From contig CAZKAL010000003.1 of NCBI GenBank assembly GCA_964550995.1, forward strand, positions 1 through 35,305: a stretch of DNA of 35,305 nt, written 5' to 3'. The stretch is from an uncultured Candidatus Saccharibacteria bacterium. Its GTDB lineage: Bacteria > Patescibacteriota > Saccharimonadia > Saccharimonadales > SZUA-47. Of the stretch, positions 1 through 6,968 are shown piece after piece. Numbering within the stretch: the first letter of the stretch is position 1; each line of letters opens with the position of its first letter. Below the pieces are notes generated by a model that was not told where the DNA came from, did no database searches, and saw only the letters and a program-made list of their open reading frames with translations. The position numbers were made by a program, and so were the translations under genes.

Positions 1-217
1 TGTTGTGTCTACTTTTTGGCTTGGTAAGCGGTATATGTTGAGGGTTATGAAGAAGAGGGTTGAACGTGGCGAACATCCCTTCGCCGACATCTAAAACATT
101 TCAGGCAGAAATAATCCCTCTGCTGTCGAGCAGAGCTCGCCACTCTAGAGATTATTTCTTCTCTGGCTCTTTTGAATTTTTTTGTACCTCGATCTGCAGT
201 CGCCGTACGTTATGTAC

Positions 218-593
218 GACTCTTTTGCGTTCGGGCACAAAGAAAATCCAAAATAGCTCAGAGCTGAAGTGTTTTACACCCTTACGTCATTGTTAATGGG
301 ACTCTTTTGCGATACGCAGAGTTATGACAAAACTGACTCAAGCGTGAGCCTAAATATTATCAAATATTTATAGCTAGGTCCCTGCGTTTTTCAAAGAAGA
401 ACGAACAAATTGCGCTCGAGCACGTCCTAAATATCATCAAGAGACTATATGTTTGTTGTTAATAGAAGGAGTTCCGATATAGCTCCACATCTGAGCCTAG
501 ATGCGTCAAATTACATAAATAGAATGATTAGATACGGCTTGTTTGCGATCCGCAGTCAAAAATCTAATCTGACTCAAGGCAAGAATCCTAGAT
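218..593. repeat. Degenerate ~50-nt direct-repeat modules (mini-hairpin TTTGCG-N3-CGCAG followed 27 nt later by CTGACTCAAG) within a ~670-bp ORF-poor stretch
   Basis: An exact 12-mer GACTCTTTTGCG occurs at 218-229 and 300-311. Module B (306-355) and module C (542-593) share TTTGCGATMCGCAG (13/14) and CTGACTCAAG (10/10; 333-342 and 569-578) at the same 27-nt offset, then CCTARAT (349-355, 587-593). Weaker hairpin copies lie at 121-132 (TGCT-GTCG-AGCA), 224-238 and 411-420. GAGCCTARAT recurs at 345-355 and 494-503. Confidence 0.55.
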
Positions 594-670
594 GTTTAAT
601 TTTAGTTAGTCTGTTCTTTAGGGGGAGTAGGGTTGTAATGTGTGTAACCGTTGTGTACAATGTAGTTACT

Positions 671-946
671 ATGAGTAATACAGTTTTACATGTTAAGTTG
701 GATCCTGAGTTGAAGAGGCAAGCGCAAGAAGCCGCTGCCTCGTTAGGGTTACCCCTAAGTACTATTGTGTCTGCTAATCTACGACAGTTTGTTCAAACAA
801 GGTCAATTACTATAAGTGACGCTCCGCGTCTGAGACCAGAAGTAGCTGAAGAATTACAAAAACGCATAAAAGATGCAAAAAACGGTAAAGATATATCACC
901 AGCGTTCACTGATATGGAGAAAGCACGTAAGTGGATTGAGTCGTGA
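671..946 (+). CDS. RelB/DinJ-family ribbon-helix-helix type II antitoxin
   Basis: ORF 449..946 trimmed to the in-frame ATG at 671. MSNTVLHVKLDPELKRQAQEAAASLGLPLSTIVSANLRQFV fits the DinJ/RelB N-terminal RHH pattern. TACAAT at 656-661 lies 9 nt upstream. A 4-nt GTGA overlap joins it to the downstream toxin gene. Confidence 0.8.
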   Translation: MSNTVLHVKLDPELKRQAQEAAASLGLPLSTIVSANLRQFVQTRSITISDAPRLRPEVAEELQKRIKDAKNGKDISPAFTDMEKARKWIES

Positions 947-1206
947 AAGAAGTTCGTTTTACGAAGATGTTTAAGAAAGATTTGATAAAACAATCACCAA
1001 AACTCCAACAAAGATTTTGGGAACGACTTCAATTATGGCAAGAGCAGCCATTAAATCCTCTGTTATACCACCACCTACTTAAAGGAGACTTCGCAGGGTT
1101 ACATAGCATTAATATTACTGGAGATGTTCGGGCAGTATACGATGAGTTTGATAACGAAATTGTGCTGTATGTCATGATAGGCTCGCACTCTCAGCTTTAT
1201 GGGTAA
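943..1206 (+). CDS. RelE/ParE-superfamily type II toxin (mRNA interferase-like)
   Basis: 87 aa. The LKGDFAGLHSINITGDVRAVY...VLYVMIGSHSQLY pattern is typical of RelE/StbE toxins. A GTG start overlaps the antitoxin stop. Small size and antitoxin-then-toxin order fit a type II TA module. Confidence 0.8.
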   Translation: MKEVRFTKMFKKDLIKQSPKLQQRFWERLQLWQEQPLNPLLYHHLLKGDFAGLHSINITGDVRAVYDEFDNEIVLYVMIGSHSQLYG

Positions 1207-2374
1207 AAAGAAGGTATATGTCGGTTTGAGTGGTGGGGTTGATAGCTCTTTAAGCGCGGCTTTGCTATTAGAGCAAGGTTACGACGTAGTTGGTGTATAT
1301 ATGAAGAACTGGTCGAAGGATCTACCTGGTTTTCCATGTCCTTGGAAAGAAGATTATCAGGATGCTAAACGTATCGCTGTACAGTTAGGTATACCTTTTG
1401 AGATGTTTGATTTTGAAAAGGATTATTTCGATAAGGTAGTCAAGTACATGCTTGATGGCTTTAAGTCTGGCATTACACCAAACCCGGATGTCATGTGCAA
1501 CCAAGAAATAAAATTCAAGCTGTTCTATGACTTAGCAAGAGAAAAAGGAGCGGATTTTATAGCCACTGGCCACTACTCCAGAGTGAGCCACCAGACAGAG
1601 CGAATTTCTTTGTCTGAGCCTGCTGTGCTCAGTCAACGTGCCGAAAAGCACGCCTCCTTGCGCGCATCAACTCATCCGCGAACTTCATCTCTGTCTGGCA
1701 CCTCACAGTCTATAGGAGATGCAAAACTATTACGTGCGGTGGATGAGAACAAGGACCAGACTTATTTTCTGTATAGAGTGTCTGAGGATGCACTAGCACA
1801 CACACTATTTCCTCTTGGGGACATGACAAAGCCAGAAGTTCGAGCTGAAGCTAAAAAAAGAGGCCTAATAACAGCCTCGAAGAAAGAATCTATGGGTATT
1901 TGTTTCGTCGGCAAGGTAGGGATAAAAGAGTTTCTCTCCCAGTACATTGAAACAAAACCAGGAGCTATCATTGAGCAAAACGGACTAAAAATTGGCGAGC
2001 ATAACGGTGCTATTTTCTACACAATTGGTCAACGCCATGGCCTTGATGTTGGCGGAGGTATGCCTTATTACGTAACGGGCAAGGACATGAAGAAAAATGA
2101 AGTATATGTTACAAGTGATATCTCGGATAATAAACTGTGGTCAGATAAAATTAAGCTAACAAATTGCCACTGGATTAACGCGACACCAAAAGTAGGCAAG
2201 ACATACCAAATACGTACTCGCCACCGTGCTCCACTTGCAATTTGCAACTTTGTCGCAATTTCAGATAAAACAACAGAAATTAAGTTAGAAGAGCCCCTAA
2301 GGGCGCTAACTCCTGGGCAGTCGGCTGTAATATACGACGGAAACATATGCCTTGGTGGTGGAATTATCGTATAA
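1199..2374 (+). CDS. mnmA: tRNA 2-thiouridine(34) synthase MnmA (carries an in-frame insertion)
   Basis: PP-loop GLSGGVDSS, catalytic Cys motifs NPDVMCNQEIKF and SMGICFVG, and DENKDQTYFLY. Colinear with MnmA/TrmU end to end except for extra residues after ATGHY. Confidence 0.95.
   Translation: MGKKKVYVGLSGGVDSSLSAALLLEQGYDVVGVYMKNWSKDLPGFPCPWKEDYQDAKRIAVQLGIPFEMFDFEKDYFDKVVKYMLDGFKSGITPNPDVMCNQEIKFKLFYDLAREKGADFIATGHYSRVSHQTERISLSEPAVLSQRAEKHASLRASTHPRTSSLSGTSQSIGDAKLLRAVDENKDQTYFLYRVSEDALAHTLFPLGDMTKPEVRAEAKKRGLITASKKESMGICFVGKVGIKEFLSQYIETKPGAIIEQNGLKIGEHNGAIFYTIGQRHGLDVGGGMPYYVTGKDMKKNEVYVTSDISDNKLWSDKIKLTNCHWINATPKVGKTYQIRTRHRAPLAICNFVAISDKTTEIKLEEPLRALTPGQSAVIYDGNICLGGGIIV
1591..1698 (+). 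repeat. 108-nt palindromic, GC-enriched element inserted in-frame in mnmA (RPE/MITE-like)
   Basis: Perfect 10-bp terminal inverted repeats CCAGACAGAG (1591-1600) and CTCTGTCTGG (1689-1698). Internal hairpins are CTGAGC/GCTCAG (1614-1619/1627-1632) and CGTGC/GCACG (1637-1641/1648-1652). Length is 36 codons. Deleting it leaves GHY-SRVSHTSQSIGDAK-LLRAVDENKDQ, close to the short spacer I recall for E. coli MnmA at this position. Confidence 0.55.
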
Positions 2375-2381
2375 TTACACC

Positions 2382-2960
2382 ATGGTAGATTTAGAGAAAA
2401 TAGAGTTGCTACACAGAAAATACGCCCCGGACGAAAAGTTATTTGAGTTGGTTTACACTCATTGCAAAATAGTTAGGGATATAGCAATGTGGTGTGCAGA
2501 CAACATCCAGGAGCCTGTGGACAAAGCTCTATTAGAAGAAGCCTGTCTACTTCATGACATCGGATCGTATAGTTTTATGCATAATGCATTCGATAAGAGA
2601 TACTATGTCCAACACGCCACTCTGGGAGCTAAGCTCTTGCAAGGGGAAGGCTACAGTGAGAAGCTTACAGATATTGTCGAAAGCCATGTATTACTAGGTT
2701 TAACTAAAGAGGAAATTGTTAATAGTAACTGGAGATTACCCTTTAAAAACTATACGCCCACAAGCATCGAAGGAAGACTCCTGTGTTATGCCGATAGGTT
2801 TCATACTAAAAAGCCAATATTTAATAGTTATGATTTCTTGTATGAACGATTCCTAAAAGATTTTCCGGGTCAGGCATCTAAGTTAGTGGCTTGGTCAGAA
2901 GAATTTGGTATGCCAGATCTAGATAAATTATCAAAAAAGTATAAACACCCCATACAGTAA
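2382..2960 (+). CDS. HD-domain metal-dependent phosphohydrolase
   Basis: HD motif LLHDIG plus downstream His/Asp positions (ESHV, YADRFH). Start trimmed to ATG 2382 because the ORF-track start 2352 lies inside mnmA. TATAAT at 2370-2375 lies 6 nt upstream. Confidence 0.8.
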   Translation: MVDLEKIELLHRKYAPDEKLFELVYTHCKIVRDIAMWCADNIQEPVDKALLEEACLLHDIGSYSFMHNAFDKRYYVQHATLGAKLLQGEGYSEKLTDIVESHVLLGLTKEEIVNSNWRLPFKNYTPTSIEGRLLCYADRFHTKKPIFNSYDFLYERFLKDFPGQASKLVAWSEEFGMPDLDKLSKKYKHPIQ

Positions 2961-2976
2961 GATATTATCTTTAAAA

Positions 2977-4809
2977 TTAATTCAAAGAATGTTTTACGTA
3001 GACATTACCGCCTGAATAATTAGTGTCTTGTTGAACTCCATATAGTACATACGCCTGGCACCCTGTTGTAGTGCATTCTAGGGGTATGTAGTTATATGCA
3101 GGTGACGTCGCCGACGTGTTGAGAGTATCTGTATCTGAAGGGGCTACGGTGGTACTGGGCAAGACAAACAAACTATTACCGTTCGCATCAATTAGAGCTT
3201 CTGGGTCAATCCCCGGGAAGCTACTAACAGTTGGGCTTAAAGGATAGAAACCATTATCATTATAGTATTCTTCGAGTTTTTGGAATATGGTATTAATATC
3301 AAGCGATGTTGTAACATCCAAAGCCCTCACTTGTGTATTCTTAAATGTGCCTGTTATGAGTTCAAAAAGCTTGTCGCTCGTTGGAGTTGGTATTGTTTGT
3401 GCAGGCGACTCACTACTACCTGTCATACTCAAAGAAGCAGTGTACTCAAGATTACTAAAGGTTGCTGAACTACTTATTTTGGTCGTGAAGTCATCGGTAT
3501 TTACTGAAATAATGAAGTTTATGTTGCCACTATTTTGTTTATTAGTTGATGTCCATTGTAGGCGTAGTGGCATTTCAGGAGACCCGTCTTTCAGCAAGAC
3601 TGAAATATCAAAGTATTGATCTTGATTTTTTGGGCTAAACCGAATATTTCTAAGTATTTTGGAGTTCTTCGCCACCCATATATTAACCACTGTATCGTTT
3701 GGTTCATCATCTTTAAATTCTCGGTCAATGTCCTCATCTGAAAGGTAGGTATTAAGGGGTTTGTCAGCGCCTAGTTTTTTAGCTACGCCTGTAGCATCTA
3801 TGTTATCTCTGGCTTTTTTAATAAACTTCCTGATATTATTCATGTTTATATTTACTGAATATTTGCTTGAATTTACCCCTTCAAATTCTTCGTCGCCTAG
3901 ATATTCTTGCATTTGAAAAGCCATATCATCGTTGTTTGACGTCCAGATGTATTCAGTAGAAGCGTCTACTATTGCATTAGCTATATCTGTGTAGTCTTGC
4001 TGTGTAAGTGAACTTTTGTTGCTTATCGCTTTATTTGTATCATCTAGACTTATTATCCCTAAATCTACAAGTTTTTGTAAGCTTATCTTATGCCATACTC
4101 CGTCTAGATCCGTACCAAGAGTTGACGAAATGTCGCCTATTGTCAATAACCGTTGGATTAGATCTTCAACCTTAGTGGTTTTAAAATAAAAGGTTGGTAA
4201 GTTCTCTTTATCATAAGCTGTAGAAATAAATTCAATTTTAGATGCTACATCTTGTAGGTCAGTGTCTATTGTGAGTTGAGACTGTCCGTCCACATTCCAG
4301 TATCCTTTTATGCCTACACTAGCATTTACAGGCTTGGTTACTGTAATGTTTCCTGTAATGTCGGTGTTTTTTAGGTCCTTTTCAGTTACTTTAGAGACAA
4401 GCTTCTTCGCCCCAACTCCTACGGATGCTATCCCTCTTTTGTAAACATTCTCTGGTGTGTTTTGTAAATAAGCATACACAATACCACTTATTCCAAGCAC
4501 CCCAAGTATTGCAATGATAATAATTATCAGTTTCTTTCTACTCTTTTTTGCTGGCCTAGGTGTGTTGATAGAAGAGTTAAGTTGTGGATTAGGTTGTGCG
4601 GCAGCAATTGGTTGTGGTTGCACTGGAGCGGCCGGTGGCTGTGGGCTAGTCAGCGGTTGTTGGACTGGCTGTTGCCCAGGTGTTTGTGGATTTTGAACAG
4701 CTGGCCGTGGATTAACTTGAGGTTGCTCGGGTTCTACCTTTGGCGATGAGTCTGGTTGGACGGTTTCAACTGGCATCTGTGGACCTGGTGTTTGTTCTTC
4801 TGGGTTCAT
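2977..4809 (-). CDS. Membrane-anchored surface protein: Pro/Gln-rich N-terminus, one TM, large ectodomain, pilin-like C-terminal module
   Basis: The first ~90 aa are P/Q-rich and followed by KKSRKKLIIIIIAILGVLGISGIVYAYL (TM). The C-terminus contains RALDVTTSLDINTIFQKLEEYYNDNGFYP, resembling the type IV pilin/pseudopilin alpha1-C motif, and a late Cys pair (LECTTTGC). Confidence 0.75.
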   Translation of the reverse strand: MNPEEQTPGPQMPVETVQPDSSPKVEPEQPQVNPRPAVQNPQTPGQQPVQQPLTSPQPPAAPVQPQPIAAAQPNPQLNSSINTPRPAKKSRKKLIIIIIAILGVLGISGIVYAYLQNTPENVYKRGIASVGVGAKKLVSKVTEKDLKNTDITGNITVTKPVNASVGIKGYWNVDGQSQLTIDTDLQDVASKIEFISTAYDKENLPTFYFKTTKVEDLIQRLLTIGDISSTLGTDLDGVWHKISLQKLVDLGIISLDDTNKAISNKSSLTQQDYTDIANAIVDASTEYIWTSNNDDMAFQMQEYLGDEEFEGVNSSKYSVNINMNNIRKFIKKARDNIDATGVAKKLGADKPLNTYLSDEDIDREFKDDEPNDTVVNIWVAKNSKILRNIRFSPKNQDQYFDISVLLKDGSPEMPLRLQWTSTNKQNSGNINFIISVNTDDFTTKISSSATFSNLEYTASLSMTGSSESPAQTIPTPTSDKLFELITGTFKNTQVRALDVTTSLDINTIFQKLEEYYNDNGFYPLSPTVSSFPGIDPEALIDANGNSLFVLPSTTVAPSDTDTLNTSATSPAYNYIPLECTTTGCQAYVLYGVQQDTNYSGGNVYVKHSLN

Positions 4810-4843
4810 ATTTTGTTATCTTTCTTATGGTTTAATTATCTCA

Positions 4844-4852
4844 ATTTTACCA
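4844..4852 (-). promoter_or_regulatory. Extended -10 (TGGTAAAAT) for the 610-aa surface protein gene
   Basis: The minus strand reads TGGTAAAAT, 34 nt upstream of the ATG at 4809. A purine-rich AAGAAAG lies in the leader. Confidence 0.4.
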
Positions 4853-4889
4853 TACTGTTTTATATCAAGGTTTAATACTCTTAATAATC

Positions 4890-4898
4890 TGTTAATAT
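4890..4898 (+). promoter_or_regulatory. Extended -10 (TGTTAATAT) for alaS; leaderless configuration
   Basis: The hexamer ends 7 nt before ATG 4906. No Shine-Dalgarno sequence lies in between. Confidence 0.5.
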
Positions 4899-4905
4899 AG
4901 TATCG

Positions 4906-6792
4906 ATGACAGCACAAGAAATACGTCGAGCCTATTTAAAGTTTTTTGAGGACAAGGGGCACGTGGTTATTCCACGAGCTCAGTTGGTACCCAAAGATGA
5001 TCCATCAACATTGTTTGTGGGCTCTGGGATGCAACCATTACTACCATATTTACTGGGTGAAAAGCACCCAAAAGGTGTGCGTTTAACTGATTCTCAAACC
5101 TCTTTTCGTGCTGGAGACATCGACGATGTAGGCGACAACAGACACACAACATTTTTTGAGATGCTGGGTAACTGGAGCCTGGGAGATTACTTTAAAAAAG
5201 ACCAGATTAGATGGTTTTTTGAATTTTTGGTTGGAGAAGTAGGTCTTGATCCTAATAAACTCTACGTTACATGTTTCATCGGAGATGAAAAAAGTGGCAT
5301 ACCAAAAGATCTAGAGTCAGCAGAAATATGGCAAGAATTATTTGCTGAGCAAGGGATAGATAACAAAATTGTTGAAATAGGTAGCGCAAAACAAGGCGAT
5401 AAGGTAGGTATGCAGGGTGGCCGAATATTCTACTATGACGACGGAGAAAACTGGTGGTCACGAGCCGGTGGTATAACTGAAACGCCAATTGGTGATCCAT
5501 GCGGGCCTGATAGTGAGGTTTTTTATGATTTTGGTGAAGAATTGCACGATAAGACTGAATGGGGCAAAGCTCACCCTGCCAATGATAGTGGGCGCTTTAT
5601 AGAGATTGGCAATCAAGTTTTCATGCAGTACAAACGTACAGAAACAGGATTTGAACCACTGCCTGAGCAAAACGTTGATTTCGGCGGGGGCCTAGAGCGT
5701 ATTGCCGCTGCCGCAATAGATAGCCCAGATGTGTTCAAAATCAGCATAATATGGCCGATTATTGAAAAATTACAGGATTTATCTGGCAAAAAGTACCAAG
5801 AATACACCGAAGATATGCGCGTAATTGCTGACCACCTGCGGGCTGCTATGTTCTTAGCAGTTGACGGGGTTAAACCGAGCAACAAAGAGCAGGGTTACGT
5901 CATGCGCCGATTAATGCGTCGGGCGATACTTAAGGCTTTTAATTTAGGGATTGAACAGAATTTTGTTCAAGAAATCGCCCCAGTTATAGCTAGTTTGTAT
6001 AAGTCTGATTTTCCTGAGGTATTGAAGGGTGAAGAGGAAATAGTGACGGTCTTAGTTAAAGAGGAAAAAGTTTTCAAACAAACATTACGAAAGGGCTTAC
6101 GAGAGTTTAGTAAGTTGGCTTCTGGTGGTTTAAACGGAGATTTGGTGTTCACGCTATATGATACGTATGGGTTTCCTGTAGAGCTTAGCACTGAAGAAGC
6201 AGAGAATCAGAACATTGATATCTCAGACGGATGGCGTGAGGAGTTTGAGGCCAAAATGAAAGAGCAACGGGAACGATCGCGGACTGCCGCAAAGGGTACT
6301 TTCAAGGGTGGACTGGGTGGTCATGAATTAATACATAAAAAATATCACACCGCCACACATTTGATGTACCAGGCTTTGCGTGATGTACTGGGCGAACATG
6401 TAGTTCAGCATGGATCAAATATTACTGCCGAACGACTACGATTTGATTTTAGTCACGGTGAGAAAATGAGCGATGATCAGAAAAAAGAAGTTGAGGACAT
6501 AGTAAATGAGCAAATCAACAAGGATCTTAAAGTTAGTTTTGCAGAATATCCAACTAGCGAAGCTACCGGAAAGCTTGGTGCACTAGGTCAATTTGGTGAT
6601 CGCTATGGCGATACGGTTAAGGTTTACACAATGATTGAGGACGGAGCTTCAAATCCATTTAGTTTTGAGATTTGTGGTGGACCACATGTTGACCACACGA
6701 TGCAATTGGCTGAAGGTGGCAAAAAATTTAAAATCCAAAAAGAACAATCTTCCTCAGCCGGCATCCGTAGAATCAAAGCTGTTCTTGTTTAA
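4906..6792 (+). CDS. alaS: Alanine--tRNA ligase, short form lacking the C-Ala domain
   Basis: The N-terminus MTAQEIRRAYLKFFEDKGH...GSGMQPL is typical of AlaRS. Editing-domain motifs HTATHLMYQAL and ICGGPHV are present. The protein ends right after GIRRIKAV, at 628 aa. Confidence 0.95.
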   Translation: MTAQEIRRAYLKFFEDKGHVVIPRAQLVPKDDPSTLFVGSGMQPLLPYLLGEKHPKGVRLTDSQTSFRAGDIDDVGDNRHTTFFEMLGNWSLGDYFKKDQIRWFFEFLVGEVGLDPNKLYVTCFIGDEKSGIPKDLESAEIWQELFAEQGIDNKIVEIGSAKQGDKVGMQGGRIFYYDDGENWWSRAGGITETPIGDPCGPDSEVFYDFGEELHDKTEWGKAHPANDSGRFIEIGNQVFMQYKRTETGFEPLPEQNVDFGGGLERIAAAAIDSPDVFKISIIWPIIEKLQDLSGKKYQEYTEDMRVIADHLRAAMFLAVDGVKPSNKEQGYVMRRLMRRAILKAFNLGIEQNFVQEIAPVIASLYKSDFPEVLKGEEEIVTVLVKEEKVFKQTLRKGLREFSKLASGGLNGDLVFTLYDTYGFPVELSTEEAENQNIDISDGWREEFEAKMKEQRERSRTAAKGTFKGGLGGHELIHKKYHTATHLMYQALRDVLGEHVVQHGSNITAERLRFDFSHGEKMSDDQKKEVEDIVNEQINKDLKVSFAEYPTSEATGKLGALGQFGDRYGDTVKVYTMIEDGASNPFSFEICGGPHVDHTMQLAEGGKKFKIQKEQSSSAGIRRIKAVLV

Positions 6793-6829
6793 TAGAATTA
6801 ATTGCTAAAATTTTTTGATTAACAATTCA

Positions 6830-6873
6830 AAAGCTGATTTAAAGCTGATTTAACTCAGCTTTAAATCAGCTTT
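6830..6873 (+). terminator. AT-rich 17-bp stem hairpin downstream of alaS (no U-tract)
   Basis: AAAGCTGATTTAAAGCT (6830-6846) pairs perfectly with AGCTTTAAATCAGCTTT (6857-6873). AAAGCTGATTTA is tandemly duplicated (6830-6841 and 6841-6852). The hairpin is followed by CGAAGC rather than a T run. Confidence 0.35.
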
Positions 6874-6968
6874 CGAAGCAAAAACAAATTGAGTATTGTA
6901 TTCAAGTTTTGGACTCATCCTCAAATTTACTATTTATCTCTGTTGCTGTGGTGTATACTAAAACGTAT

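Noticed and set aside
60-296. 78-aa ORF in the 5' non-coding region
   Set aside because: It has a TTG start with no promoter or Shine-Dalgarno geometry and a Cys/Ser/Thr-rich, non-protein-like composition. It runs straight through the repeat modules and hairpins, so it is most likely a chance ORF.
465-552. RNase P RNA-like strings (GAAGGAGTTCCGATATAGCTCC and AGAATGATTAGATACGGCTT resemble the P4 5' and 3' regions)
   Set aside because: Only ~45 nt separate the two strings, so there is no room for a specificity domain. The would-be P4 strands do not base-pair. The match is likely coincidental in AT-rich sequence and needs cmscan to be sure.
218-593. CRISPR array interpretation of the 5' repeats
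   Set aside because: The repeats are degenerate rather than near-identical. Spacing is irregular (~80-130 nt) and larger than a repeat-plus-spacer period. No cas genes or leader-like organisation are seen in the window.
449-670. 74-codon N-terminal extension of the antitoxin ORF
   Set aside because: The extension covers repeat modules and has no homology-like character. The RHH antitoxin begins naturally at ATG 671, which has a -10 box 9 nt upstream.
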